Source of the DNA: Eledone cirrhosa
Taxonomy: Eukaryota
Assembly: GCA_964016885.1 (NCBI GenBank)
Contig: OZ024750.1
Span: 48,732,001 to 48,796,000 of the forward strand
Direction of reading: 5' to 3'
Length of the DNA stretch: 64,000 nt
In this document: positions 45,401-59,033 of the stretch, piece by piece
Position numbering within the stretch: position 1 is the stretch's first letter
Layout of the letters: each line of letters opens with the position of its first letter
Program-made: the position numbers and the translations under genes
The notes under the pieces: model-generated
The model's database searches: none
Told to the model about the DNA's origin: nothing
The model's input: only the letters and a program-made list of their open reading frames with translations

Positions 45401-47388
45401 GACAAATGAATTTGTTTAATCTGGTCATTGTTTTTGATTGCCGGTAGTTTTTTACTCTTTCATATTAGTTAGTATTTTGTAAGAGAGATAACATATACTA
45501 CTCAGCATCCATAATGACGACAGTACTTCCTTTTTCGGCTTCCTTAATTATAAAGGCCGTATTGTTTTTTTAATTCATGGATAATCTCCCATTCCCTTCG
45601 ACTCGTGTTGGGTTTGGGATTAGGTGGCGGTAATTCATGGTATGGGAAAGTTGCTATGTGGTCACAAAATGTATCCATAACTCTGTTTCTACCTTTTGTT
45701 GTGGTTGGTCGTTATTCTCCTTGACAAAAAATTCCTCTGTGAGACGTAATTTTCTACAGAAGTGTGAGATATGGTCATTTATCTCATTGAGGTTAGAGTT
45801 TTGTGGGGTGGGTGTGAATGTCAGTCCTTTGGAGAGTATTTTAATTTGTTGGGCTGAGAAGTTTGTATTTGAAAGGTTGATTATTTTCGGTTTTTCAAAA
45901 TCGGTTTGTGTCGTGTGTCCTGTAGCCTTGGTTTTAAAAATGATTTTTGTGAATTGTTTTTTCATGGGTATAATTATATCTAATGGCATTTCCCTTGATG
46001 TTGTGTGCTCTTGTATAGAAGTTTCGGACGTATTGACGGTTTGTTGATAGTCTGGCTTGTAGATTTAGTTCCTTTGTGTGTTGGGTTCTACGATTTGGGA
46101 ACAGGTTCTGTGTGGGTTGGGGTCTACGGTTTTGGAATAGTTTTTGTGTCGGTTATGATCTGCGGATCGGGTCCTGTTTTGTGTTGGGGGACATTCGGTT
46201 TTTGTTAGTAGGGTTAAAGTTTTGTCTATGGGTTATGGGATTATCGTCATAGTTTTGCTCGGGGTATGTTGGACGTTTTGTTACTTTTTTTGTTATATGT
46301 TGTGCGTGTGTTTAAGTATGTGTAACCTGTATGTTGTTCATTTTTGAAATCCATTTCGTAGTTGTTGAACCAAGTGGTGTTTTTTTTCCCATCGCTGGAG
46401 GGATGTTAGTAGTTCATCCTCACAATTTCTTTCCAAAGTTTTAAGGCTCTCTCATAGAGTAGGCCTTCGGAGGGCTTGAGATTTATGTTTCCATCTGTTG
46501 GTTGAGTGACTTGAATTGTTCTTCGTTGGAATTGGTTCTTAACCGCAAGTTCTATTTCTATTTTAAACTTCTCTAACGCGATCTTTTCGCTAAGTGTTTG
46601 TTGGTTCTTCTGGTTCATTCGGGATGGGTTTTATTTGGAGTTTTTGGGGAGTGATGATTGCGGTAGAGTTTAGCCACTTTTCATATATGTCTGCCTTGCA
46701 TTTAATTTTTAGGAGATTCCAAAAGCCGAATTTGCGGGCTGTCAGCTTTTGAGTCCATACATTGATTATTTTGTTTTTCACTGAGTGGACATCTCGTAGA
46801 TTGGGTTCTAATGGTTGTTCAAGCTTTTAGAGCATTGCTGTTTCAGTGGTTTCGATTAGTTTAGATAATGCTGGAGTAATATTCGTCTCTTGGGTATTTT
46901 CTGCTTCTTCGTGGGGTCCTTTTTTAAGTAAAAATAAATTCAAACACAAACTTGCGCGAAAGCTGATGTGCTTATTCACGTGACTGCATCAACCAAGCAA
47001 GCTTCACTCACATATGAAAAAACAACCTGAAACCACACCCCTTGTTTGAAGAACTTTGTATCGCGAACTGGCGTGAAATATATTATACTCATTCACCAGC
47101 CAATCAAATTACTTCTCTAAAAATCTGGCATTTCGAGGCACTTTTTCCATATAAAAGAGAAGGAACATTCAAAGACCAGCCAGATGTAAGAAAACCACAG
47201 ACCCTCCATCCCAATTCTACTTTTGAAAAGCAGAAGAACTGGGAAACCGGTAAAGGAACCAAATAAATATATGCATTTAAAAAAAAAAGACTATAGTTGC
47301 ATTTTCGATTTCATCTTTGTTCCTTATAATTTCACTCGTGTAGGACACCTCGGTTATTTTTCATTTCGCCCAAAGACCTCACTTTCTA
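42410..47388 (-). mobile_element. Decayed near-full-length Neptune-like PLE (RT, Cys-rich linker, GIY-YIG; about 43700-46900) bounded by inverted pLTRs about 42410-42862 and 46908-47325 plus tail
   Basis: ILSKGLTFTPTP; LRPIVAGP; TFDIVNLYTTIP; GTAMGTNAAPMYANL; WKRYLDDC; CGRSNCGTC; LIYAIKCKGCNEHYIGQT..RMTVHR. Confidence 0.9.
42880..43232. repeat. Two tandem copies of an about 178-bp unit in the PLE 3' region
   Basis: aaatgtaatttgattggttata..gaaattatgactg occurs at about 42878 and 43056. Confidence 0.8.
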
Positions 47389-47410
47389 ATATATATATAT
47401 ATATATATAT

Positions 47411-47818
47411 CGTTTCTGAATTTGTTAACAAGATTATTTATCTGAAAACGTGTATTGAAAACGATATTGTTATACTTTGGGAGGGTCATGTTGCCAATGA
47501 GAAACACACGCACCATTTGCTTTGACTTCAATTTATTATAATACATTTATAAATTCAGGAATTTATAAATTTCCAGTTGGACAGAACAAAGGAGAGGCAC
47601 AAAAACAAATAAAATAATCCCCAGTCACTGAAGAGGTCACACAATGTGTGACGAAAGAACTTTGACAATATATAAACAACCAACTGGTTGTGGAACCAAC
47701 TAACCAACCGGAAATTTATAAATTCCTAAATTTATAAATTTATTATAATAAATTGAAGTAAAACAACTGGTGCGTGTGTTTCTTATTGACAACATGACCC
47801 TCCCAAAGTATAACAATA
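47411..47818. mobile_element. Mini fold-back element (arms about 47463-47581 and 47703-47818) with an HHR in the spacer (47624-47666)
   Basis: gtca-CTGAAGA-g-gtcacac-aat-gtgtgac-GAAA-gaac-TT-tgac. (TA)n flanks. Confidence 0.8.
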
Positions 47819-48003
47819 TATATATATATATATATATATGTGTATGTATATATGTATATCTAGCTGTCGAAACACCGGAGCTCTGCCGTCGGGGTGCTGA
47901 CACTTTTTCTATACGCACATGCACACACACACACACACACACATATATATACATGTGTGTGCGTGTGGTTGTGTGTGTGTGTGTGTGTGTGCGTGTGCGT
48001 GTC

Positions 48004-48035
<32 letters not shown>

Positions 48036-48531
48036 CGCGCGGGTCTGTGTGTATGTATGTGTGTGTGTATATATATATAAATGTAAACAAACTCTGTACT
48101 TTTGCATATGTTTGAATATATGCCCATATTAATGCTACGTGATTCAATTTATGTGTCCACGTCATAGGCAATATTATCAGGACGTGTGTGTTATTATCAT
48201 CTGGTGTTATTTATATGTTCTCTGTTTACAGAAGATAATATTAGAGTTAACAATTATTTATGTTATTTATATTATAGGAGCAGTGACAACAACATTATGC
48301 CTCTCTAGTGCATCTTGATTTGCAAACACGCATTAAATTTGATTTACAACCTATAGTTTACGTTGAATTCACAATTATACCACAACATGTGTTTAGGGAT
48401 ATATTAATCATGTTGAAATAGTTCTGGTAATTATGAATCGATGACTGATGACAAGTCTTGGAAAGTTCGCAAATATTTTCACGTAAACATACAATTGTTT
48501 TGTCTTTTCCTTTCTCCCTACATTGATATAT

Positions 48532-48600
<69 letters not shown>

Positions 48601-48663
48601 TTTATTATATAAAGACTTGAGTATATACGTATATATATAGATATATATACATGTATATATATA

Positions 48664-48774
<111 letters not shown>

Positions 48775-48882
48775 ATATATGTGTGTGTCTCTGTGTGTTT
48801 ACATATATATATATATATAAATATATATACACACACGCACACACCCACACACTCGAAAACACACACACACACACACACACAT

Positions 48883-48932
<50 letters not shown>

Positions 48933-49390
48933 TAGACAATCAAAACGAATCATATATCTTCAATATCAGGAGACACTAAATTTGCACATGCTCGAGGATA
49001 CATTTCCGCAAGTCGATGCAAATTACACATAATAACTTCGAGTGAGAGTTCGATGTACCATAACAATTATTTAAGGAGATATATGCCAATGTTTAGTGTT
49101 TTCACACTTTCTTGCTGAAGTAGTGTTTTAAAAAACTATACTTTTACATATTATCTGCTAAAATACTTTATTAAACTGTCAGTAAGATATCAACTGCAGC
49201 AATTCTATCAACTGCTTAGTCTGTACTATACAGAGAACAATAGGTTCGTGTTCTTTCAGATTTTACAATTATCTTTCAATATCAGACACTTGTGTGTTTA
49301 AGGTATTAGCAACTTCGACATGTGTCAAGGGCACATAATAGAAGAGTTTGGTGAATGGTGAGTGAGTGAAATTAGTTAGAGGATATATAT

Positions 49391-49577
49391 ATAGGAACCA
49401 GTAAGACCCCGACAGCTGAGCTCAAGCCGTTTCGACGGCTAATTCTGAATTAGCCGTCGAAACGGCTTGAGCTCAGCTGTCGGGGTCTTACTGGTTCCTA
49501 TTACCCACTCTACTACCTCAAGTATTGAGTACTTTGGTACGTTATGGTCCACCTGGTTCCTTACCACATTTCCCTCG

Positions 49578-49579
<2 letters not shown>
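49391..49579. mobile_element. Perfect palindrome with 55-bp arms (centre 49446) plus tail; mini derivative of the 16973-18622 family
   Basis: ataggaaccagtaagaccccgac..ctaattc-t-gaattag..gtcggggtcttactggttcctat. Confidence 0.85.
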
Positions 49580-49673
<94 letters not shown>

Positions 49674-49778
49674 TTCTTTATTCTCATGTTTATATATATA
49701 TATATACCGTTTCCTTTCGCTATATGTCTCTCCACCACTCCCCTACACACCCTTTGAACTCTGTTCCCACACACTTCT

Positions 49779-49812
49779 CACCTGAGGAAGGGCTTATGCC
49801 CGAAACGTCGTT
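49779..49812 (+). ncRNA. Minimal hammerhead motif in a PLE-like 3' end
   Basis: ac-CTGAGGA-a-gggc-ttat-gccc-GAAA-cg-TC-gt, followed by aataaa and (TA)n. Confidence 0.6.
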
Positions 49813-49889
49813 CCCCACCACCACCCCACTCTCCAGAGCGTGAAATTAATAAACATTCGTTGTACTGCCTCTCTGTTTTGTTCCTGTTC

Positions 49890-49946
<57 letters not shown>

Positions 49947-49962
49947 GTGTGTGTGTGTGTGT

Positions 49963-49998
<36 letters not shown>

Positions 49999-50070
49999 AT
50001 GTGTGTATGTGTGTGTATGTGTGTGTGTTTGTGTGTGTGTTTGTGTGTGTGTGGGGGGGGGGGTATATAT

Positions 50071-50367
50071 AAGCAAGTATTGCATCAAGAAAAGTAAAAC
50101 GTTGGCGTGAAGAGATTAGGAATGTATTTGCTTTGACATATGTTTCTCTCGTATATTATTCGCATATGCTGACTACAATATATATGTAGTTCAAGCATAT
50201 GCAATACTTAATTATTTATTAAACTTCTTCAGGAAAAGACTATAGTGCTGGATTTCAACTATTCACTACGCGGTATGATTCAGTCATGAGTTTACGTTTA
50301 TGTTTAAAATAGCATGAAATTCTCTTCCCGCCAAGGTTTTATTTTTCTTGATGCAATACTTGCTTGT
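50071..50367. repeat. Short fold-back element (arms about 50071-50118 and 50318-50367)
   Basis: aagcaagtattgcatcaagaaaa vs ttttcttgatgcaatacttgctt. Confidence 0.7.
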
Positions 50368-50719
50368 ATTAATATGCACCATGAACTCTTCTGGATATTT
50401 ATACCATATTCATCTGCATAGACATTTATGCTTTACGATTGAAATGATACCGTCGGGTCAAAGTCTCTTGAAAGCAGTTTTCTAGTTTAAATATTCATTT
50501 CTTATACAGATAAACAAAATCTCATCTACCTTCATACACACACACACACACACACACACAGAGACAGTCACTGAAAGTTAAGCTCGGTAGGACTTGGACT
50601 GAGAATGGCAAGGGCCGTAACTCTATGCGTCAAAGCATGGCGTCCGACCCCCTACCGATACTGCTAATCCACTTCATATTAATTTATTATTTTAATAAAG
50701 AAATGTAGATTGAATGGGC

Positions 50720-50801
<82 letters not shown>

Positions 50802-50809
<8 letters not shown>

Positions 50810-51138
50810 AGTAGGAAATCGGAGATTAGACGGTTAAAAAATGTTTATTTTAAACAGCACCTACGTACGTTTCGCCCAGCTGGGCTTCTCAAGGGCATAA
50901 ATAATCAAAAGTGTTCCTTACATTGCTCCTCATCCTTAACCCATCTGAAGAAGGATATTTTTAAGCGATGTGTAGAACTTATCGCTGTTTCAGCTCTGCT
51001 GTTGATGAACTCGTGGGGTGCAGTTATGATGTGGTAGAGCTCCATGAGGCAAAGATCGCATTTCCTCTTGAAGTTGTACGGTGCAGCTCTGCCGACAATA
51101 TCCCAGTGCGCGGAGAAACTGATGTTTAAGTCCTTTAG
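50802..51138 (-). mobile_element. Naiad-type PLE 3' end (EN C-terminus plus HHR)
   Basis: LKDLNISFSAHWDIVGRAAPYNFKRKCDLCLMELYHII..INSRAE..THR. Confidence 0.8.
50857..50896 (-). ncRNA. Type I hammerhead motif, U3-A8 core variant
   Basis: gccc-TTGAGAA-gccc-agct-gggc-GAAA-cgtacg-TA-ggtgc. Palindromic stem III ACGTACGT. Confidence 0.7.
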
Positions 51139-51272
51139 TTACGGCCCTTGCCATTCTCAGTTCAAATCCCGCCGAGGTTAACTTTGCCTTTCATCCTTAC
51201 GGCGTACATAAAATAAAGTACCAGTAATACACTGGGTAATAACTGGCCTTGTGCCAAAAGTAGAAACAATTA
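51137..51272 (+). mobile_element. SINE lacking its 5' head; an inverted SINE head lies at 50574-50672
   Basis: cagttcaaatcccgccgaggttaactttgcctttcatcc..ggccttgtgccaaaagtagaaac. Confidence 0.75.
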
Positions 51273-51599
51273 TCTACAAAAGGCAGATTGTTGTTGTTGT
51301 GTGCGTGTGTGTGCATGTTCCATGTTTATACATTTGCACAATTTCAAACTGATTCGACTCAAAGTCTGTAATAATTTTGTAAATGGTCGAACTTATGTCA
51401 ACAACTATTTACTTCATTCAAACTCACCCACAAATACGTAAATAATCGATAAAACTTAATATATGATGCTTTACCACTCTAATACAATCAGCCTACCTCT
51501 ATCTACTCCCCTTAAAATTCGATAAAACTACATACATGCTGCAACTTTCTCTTAGATAATGATTAAATTAACAAACTTTAAGAGTGAGAGAGGGAGAGT

Positions 51600-51728
<129 letters not shown>

Positions 51729-51959
51729 TTTGTTTTTGATATACGATTAAAATTACAAACTTCCTTTAGGAACGTCGAAGTGTGAGAGGTGACAAAGAGG
51801 ACTTATTACATGTCATACGACACAACAATTATTCAAAAGCAATAGATACATTTATTCAACAACAAAAAATATAGCGAGAAATCGTTTTTAAAACCTCTCA
51901 AGGAACGTGGAAGAAAGAAGTATCAGTTTATTTACTATACACAATAATATCCTCTATTG

Positions 51960-52135
51960 TATCACTAAACCAGCTAGAAACAGCAGCTAACTCTCCCCCA
52001 TATCACACCACTCTCTATGTCTTAAATTTAGAAAACACGTATCTTCTATCAGGTCACTAAACATGCTAGAAACAGCAGCTAACTATCCCCCATATCACAC
52101 CCCTCCCTACTGTCTTAAATTTAGAAAACACTCAA
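51960..52135 (+). repeat. Tandem duplication of an about 92-bp SINE-tail-like unit
   Basis: tcactaaac..gctagaaacagcagctaact.tcccccatatcacacc..tgtcttaaatttagaaaacac occurs twice. Confidence 0.65.
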
Positions 52136-52428
52136 TAGACAACCATGCAGAACAACTCCATCGGAGCGCTATTGTTCGGCTGGCATTGTCTACGCGCGTG
52201 TTGCGCAAGCACTATGAAACAATATATTTCAACACTTCTTTGCACAGAGATAATATCCATAGACGAAACTACAATTGTCACTGCCGGCGCAGCTCCTGCT
52301 TCGGCAGTCCAGGTCTGCAATTCATTTACCCAGTGCCTGTCAAAAAAAAAAGTGCTGCCATAAAATGGGTGGTGCAACCTAACTTTGGTAACTTACAGAC
52401 ACCGAGCAACGCCGGGTTTTAATGGTAG

Positions 52429-52658
<230 letters not shown>

Positions 52659-52689
52659 AATGTATATATATATATATATATATATATAT

Positions 52690-52944
52690 CATCAATACAA
52701 ACGAAAAATCAGAGATGCATCTAGACTCAGTTTATTGCGTGTTACAATTATTTCGCCGGCAGATAGCTCGAAGCATGATCATTGTGTGGATGTGCCTGAT
52801 TCTACATCTGCAGGTTCTTCGGACATATGCAATGCTTTCAGAGCAAATTGTAACACACAATAATCTGAGTCAAGATGCATCACTGATTTTTCGTGTGTTT
52901 ATATTATTTACACTCTGCTCTGTAAGAACCCTGAGTGTGCAACT

Positions 52945-52948
<4 letters not shown>
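52690..52948. mobile_element. Mini fold-back PLE element (arms about 52700-52749 and 52846-52895, plus tail)
   Basis: cgaaaaatcagagatgcatct vs agatgcatcactgatttttcg. Degenerate minus-strand HHR CCGAAGA..GAAA-taattg-TA. Confidence 0.75.
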
Positions 52949-52990
<42 letters not shown>

Positions 52991-52999
<9 letters not shown>

Positions 53000-53198
53000 T
53001 ATTTTATAGAAGGAGCTTCTACAGGACTAGTACTGTTTCATTCAGATGAAATCTTCCGGAAGCTTCCTGAAGATTTCATCTGAATGAAACAGTTCTAGTC
53101 CTGGAGAAGCTCCTTCTATAAAATAAAAATATTTTACTCTGCCATGTATTGAGTACCTTACTTACTGTGGTTATCCCCGACTCAACCCGGGACCTACG
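52991..53198. mobile_element. Mini palindromic element (centre 53062/53063) with an HHR-like motif at 53061-53111
   Basis: agcttc-CTGAAGA-tttcatctgaat-GAAA-cagttcta-GTC-ctgga-gaagct. Extra tail on the right; (TA)n flanks. Confidence 0.8.
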
Positions 53199-53219
53199 TA
53201 TATATATATATATATATAC

Positions 53220-53298
<79 letters not shown>

Positions 53299-53301
53299 CA
53301 C

Positions 53302-53369
<68 letters not shown>

Positions 53370-53373
<4 letters not shown>

Positions 53374-54771
53374 TAAAATAGCACATTAAAGTTTAAGCAA
53401 AGAATCGCTGCTTTCACACTTAACGGGATCTTCTGAAACTAACAAAGTCAATCTGTAAACGCAGAACTGGATTTTTCAAAAAACGTTGCAACCGGAGGAA
53501 GACAGGAAGACGATACTTTGATTCGTGGAAACGTTCGCTGGCAAAGAACGGGAAAAAACGAATATAATACGTCATTAATAGGAGCGGTGAAAAACAATAA
53601 CGCGCAAAGACAGAACCACGTTTATGGTATAAAAGAGGTCGTAGACTAATGTTCTCTTAGGTGGTGCATAGAGACGTTCTCTGGCAATGAACGAAAAAAC
53701 GAAGATAATACGTCATATGTGAAGCGTAGAGAACAATAGCACGCAAAGACAAAACCACGTATATAGTATAGCAGAAGTCGTTGACTAAAATTCTAACTAG
53801 AAGACCAAATGAATCTCCACTACAGAGTTAAGAACAAAGTAAATAAATACAATACAGAAGTAATAGAAATAAATAAATACATACACGCAAACAAATACGT
53901 ACATACACAAGCATACGCAAAAACTTACCATAGGTATACAAAACCCCGTACATATAAATATGTGTGTGTGTGTATGCGTGTATACAAATAATTAAATAAT
54001 TATATATACGTATATAAATAAATAAATACGTATATAACAAGCGCACACGCGTACCTACATATATATAAATACACGAATGTCCGGAGACGTAAGTCAACTA
54101 AACATGAAGTACACATATACACACACCCACCAAACTTACGAACCTGCATACTCGCACCGACGCAAAACACCCGTATACACATAGCCAAACCATATGTACC
54201 AGAATAAATAAAATTATACGCCATAACACTCAAATATACGTATGTGAAGGTAAACGTACCTTCACAAAACATACGGGTAAAATATACTTACCTATGCAAA
54301 TAAGTAAAGGTATAAACAAAACATATATATAGCTCCCACATCAAGACGTAAAATATCCACGTATAGATCGCCCTATCCGTTGGGGTATAACGTGGGACTG
54401 TAATACAGGAAAGTTTTGTGCAATTTATGTTTACAAGCCGAAATTGCCTCAGATTTTTTGTTTAAGATGTGGTTTGTGGCGTTTTTCACCGCTCCTATTA
54501 TATATTCGTTTTTTCCCGTTCTTTGCCAGCGAACGTTTCCACGAACCAAAGTATCGTCTTCCTGTCTTCCTCCGGTTGCAACGTTTTTTGAAATATTCAG
54601 TTCTGCGTTTACAGATTGACTTTGTTAGTTTCAGAATATCCCGTTAAGGGTGAAAGCAGCGATTCTTTGCTTAAACTTTAATCTGTTATTTTAATAAAAA
54701 TTTGCTCTACGCTTCTTATATATTTGATATATATTTATCCTTTGGATTTTAGTCTTCAAATTTATTATTAT

Positions 54772-54775
<4 letters not shown>
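53370..54775. mobile_element. Fold-back element (arms about 53370-53596 and 54481-54697, tail to about 54775); mini derivative at 55781-55873
   Basis: ttaaagtttaagcaaagaatcgctgctttcac vs gtgaaagcagcgattctttgcttaaactttaa. Degenerate HHR-like CAGAA(G/T)A-tccc..gggt-GAAA. Confidence 0.8.
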
Positions 54776-54826
<51 letters not shown>

Positions 54827-54833
<7 letters not shown>

Positions 54834-55111
54834 GTGAGGTTTTTTTTACAAAATGAAAAATAACCAAGGTGTCCTACACGAGTGAAAGTATAAAGAAAAA
54901 GGGATGAAATCGAAAATGCAACTGGAGTCTTATTTTTTTTTAAATATATATATTTATTTGGTTCCTTTACCGGTTTCGCAGTTCTTCTGCTTTTCAAAAG
55001 GTGACCTTTTGAAAAGCAGAAGAACTGCGAAACCGGTAAAGGAACCAAATAAATATATATATTTTAAAAAAAAATAAGACTCCAGTTGCATTTTCGATTT
55101 CATCTCTTTTT

Positions 55112-55118
<7 letters not shown>
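54827..55118. mobile_element. Mini palindromic derivative of the Neptune-like element termini (centre 55003)
   Basis: Arms match 47217-47388; aaaaggt-g-acctttt centre; (TA)n flanks. Confidence 0.9.
55005..55042 (+). ncRNA. Type I hammerhead motif, U3-A8 core variant (also 54964-55001 minus, about 47220-47256 plus, about 42490-42526 minus)
   Basis: cctt-TTGAAAA-gcag-aagaa-ctgc-GAAA-ccgg-TA-aagg. All three stems are intact; palindromic ACCGGT. Confidence 0.75.
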
Positions 55119-55177
<59 letters not shown>

Positions 55178-55389
55178 CAGGAAAGAAGAGTGGCACGGTG
55201 TAAGTGTCGCTCCTCTTTTGCTATACAAAAAAGATCTACGCGTAAGTGGACTACCTATAACAATAATTTGTTACCCCGTATGTATATATATATATATATG
55301 AATGTATATACAGTGTATTTTGCAATACACTGTATGCTTAATTAAAAGTATTTCGAAGACCTTATGCTATTGTTTTAGAGTAGTGACAG

Positions 55390-55615
55390 TCACACTTACT
55401 TTAAATGTTCAGCAAACAGGGGAGATAAAGCTGACAGAGGTATGTTTCGTACTGATTGGTATTTATCAAAGCCAAGTACCACACCTATTTGCTGAAAATC
55501 ATGAATGTTTCATTTTATTAGAATTTCTAGTAATAATCAGGAGCTGATTATACAGATTATACAGTACGCTGTCAGCTTTATCTCCCCTTGTTTGCTGAAA
55601 ATTTAAAGTAAGTGA
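55390..55615. repeat. Short fold-back element (arms about 45 bp)
   Basis: cacttactttaaat.ttcagcaaaca.ggggagataaagctgacag vs ctgtcagctttatctccccttgtttgctgaaaatttaaagtaagtg. Confidence 0.75.
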
Positions 55616-55743
55616 GACGAAGGAATTGTGGCAAGGAACCAGATGGACCATAACGCTACACAGTACTCAAAACTAAGGGTAGTAGAGTCCAGAAATAGCC
55701 GCCAAAACGGCTTGAGCTCTTCCGTCGGGGTCATACTTGTTCC

Positions 55744-55784
<41 letters not shown>

Positions 55785-55872
55785 TAATATAACAGATTAA
55801 AGTTTAAGCAAAGAATCGCTGATTTCACCCTTAACCTCTTTGGATTTTAGTCTTCAAATTTATTATTATTAC

Positions 55873-56054
<182 letters not shown>

Positions 56055-57122
56055 CATACATGTGTATGCGTTTATATGTGTGAGTATGTGTGTGTGTGTA
56101 TGTGTGTGTGTGCGCGCGCGTGTGTGTGTGTATGTGTGTGTGTGTGTGTGTGTGTGCATGTGTGTGCATATGCGTATGTTTTGTATCTGCAATTAAACCA
56201 TATCAAATTCACATCTGAGACCTTTATTTAAAAGTTAGTTTTTCCTTTACCTGAGTGCAGCCAACCTTTTTGAAAATATTCAACGATACGCTTCAGGTAT
56301 TTTTCTATCACCTGACGCAACTTATTAATAATATGCTTATTTCTATATTCCACCGTGCCATAGCTGTTACGTATAAATTATAAATTTACATATGGGGACA
56401 CTTTATTAATATATTAATGGCCATTTCAATCCGGTCTTCATATTGTAATATCATTGTTTTTTCCCCTTCATAATATGGTATGTGTTAGTTTATGTTGCTC
56501 ATGTTTATTCAACAGGGTATTGAATGTTGCTAATAACACATATTTAGTTGGTTTACGTGCTATTATTAATTTACTCACCATTTTAACAGCAATTGTTACA
56601 TACGAAATGTGACAAAATACCCGTTTGTTATATTTTCACTTATTTTCGCAGCTACACACTTTGTGTAAAGAAACTAACTAACATATTTAATGAGGCTTTA
56701 TTAAAATTTTATAAGATTTTAGCAGCTGTGAAACAACGAATTTACGCAGTTTTGTTGTTGCCTACAATTTTCTTTTTAACAATTCTTTAAATTATTTGAC
56801 AAGAGCATATTATATTTCATAAGCCAGTTATTTAGTATTATTTTGTTGCCATTATTTTTATTACTATTAGTATTGTTGTTGTTAACGTTATTATTATTAT
56901 TATTATTATTGACGAAAGTGGATGTACGTTTTTTGAAGCTCCGTGAGTAAGCAATTTTTTGAGGATTAATTGTAGAGAATTGTTTATTTTTTTGTACCGC
57001 TGAAGCATTATAAGACATTAATTTGTATCCTGTGAAGGAATAACTCATAATATTTGGGCCTTTTGGCCCAAATATTTGAACTTTATTTTGAAAAAAAATA
57101 ATAATTTTTTTCTCAAAAAAAC

Positions 57123-59033
57123 ATGGCGGAGCCACGCCCCCTAGAGGCGGGTCTGCTGTCGTGCAACGGCGACTTGAGCGTTGAGAGGAGAGGTGAGGCG
57201 AGGAGCGCCACCAGCACGAATGTGAGCAGCGACAGTGCCAGCACCAACGGGCCGAGCGGCGCGGAAGGTGGTAACAGCGACAACACCAACACCAACAAGC
57301 CGAACAGCGCAGAAGGTGGTAATAACGAGAGCACCAACAAAACGAACAGCACAGAGAGTAATAGTAGCGACAGCAACAGCACCAACAAGGCCAACAGCAC
57401 AGAGGGTAACCACGACACAGGGGAGAACAACAACAGCAATAGCAGCAGCAACACCAACAAGAACAACAACAGTGACAACACCAACAAGAACACTTTCGCT
57501 GCTGTGGCAGCGGCTAAAAGGAGACCATGCTACAGCATCGACTTAACCACAGAGAGGAAAAGTTGGCCCAGGCCTGGAAAATCATAAATCAAGAGCAGAC
57601 CTGGGCAAACTTAACTGTCCCGGCAGAAGCCATTGAGGCAGTGGAAAAAAGAACGGTGCATTTCAGATGCATCTCAGTAGAGACAAAGAGGGCAGCGATA
57701 ATCGCCCAAGCTGACATAGAAGCCGCACTGAAATACATCAGAGAGGACACATACTTCATAGAGAGGGGCAGGCAATACGGCACCGTTTCGGTGCTGTTCA
57801 AGTCTGAAGCCCTCGCTGTGAAGCATTCAATGACCCCTTGCAAAACCAGCAAGGTCATAATGTACCCCTCCCACATGGGAAAACGAATAGCACGTGTGCG
57901 CATTCCCAGGATTCCACCAGGACTTGATATGTGGTGGCTCCTGGGTTGCGTAATCGTGGAAGGAACGGATACAGTCCCGGTAGAGGCAACGAGAACTGCC
58001 AGGGACGACTGGTCCGGGGTTGATCTGGAGATACTGCTCCAAATCAGACCCGAAAACGTAAAAACAATCCCGGACCACATCCGCCTCCAAAACGGGAGGG
58101 TGTTGCATATAATGACTGAGGGCAAAAGGCCGCATTGTTTCCTTTGTGGGGAAACGACACACTTGCGAGCCTTCTGCCCTCAACTGCCGAAAAGCGCAAG
58201 GGGTCGAAAGATTCCACTGCTGGCGACGCCGGGACAAGGACCACCAGCAACACCGTCAACAATGGAACCACCAAAATTGCACACCCAGGGGGGAAACGAG
58301 GAAAGCTCTCCCATTCCCCCTCCCCCCCAAAATACACACACGAACAAGAACATAAACACTCACTCAGACACAAACACGCTCACAGCCACAGACCCCTCAT
58401 CCTCCAGCAGTGAAGATGAGGGAAAACCAAAGTCCCCCAAAATACAAAAAACAAAACACAAAAAAAAAAGAAATCCACAAAGCACAAACACCCCCACAAA
58501 AAAAAAATACACACACCACCCACACAAACATTTTCCCCACAGCATCACCAACACAACCACCAAAATCCCCCAAACGCAAACAAGCTAAACAGACACAAGA
58601 ACAAATAGACACACAAACATCAGAAACTACAGACACCCCACCCACAACAAACGCAGACACAATAGAAACAACACTAACAAAGCTATCACCACCACAATCA
58701 CACGAACAAATAAAACCCGAGCAACAAAACATTAAAAACTTCGTGCTTGCCAGAAGGGCCAACAAGGAATTGATGGCCCATGTAGCACGAAGCACAAACA
58801 TCGAAAAAGACGGGGAAACATTTGAAGCGAGCACATTTCGCGTACCAGATAATTTGCTTCTGATGCGAATGTCGCTCGCTTCATACAAAGAAATTCGAAA
58901 GAGCTTTCCTCGGGATGTGGGAACCCCGAACGTAAAACCCACGTCAAGACTATTAAAGGGGTTCCCAAAAGAAACCCCACAAACCATGGAGGTCGAACCA
59001 CCCGACCTTCACAAGACCCCGGAAGGTAAGTAA
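57123..59033 (+). CDS. LINE ORF1 (gag-like nucleic-acid-binding protein) split by two compensating frameshifts
   Basis: Strong aacATGG start; N/S-rich N-terminus; TFAAVAAA motif; zinc knuckle CFLCGETTHLRAFC. Pieces 57123..57587, 57527..58588 and 58410..59033; the first and last share a frame. Confidence 0.7.

Noticed and set aside
48441-48470. CTGATGA-caagtcttg-GAAA minimal hammerhead-like string; similar partial cores near 1376, 1489, 2528, 12173 and 31026
   Set aside because: Stems I and III or the core are not convincingly intact.
56250-56311. Possible 61-nt minus-strand exon (VIEKYLKRIVEYFQKGWLHS)
   Set aside because: Weak acceptor, no recognisable homology and no partner exons.
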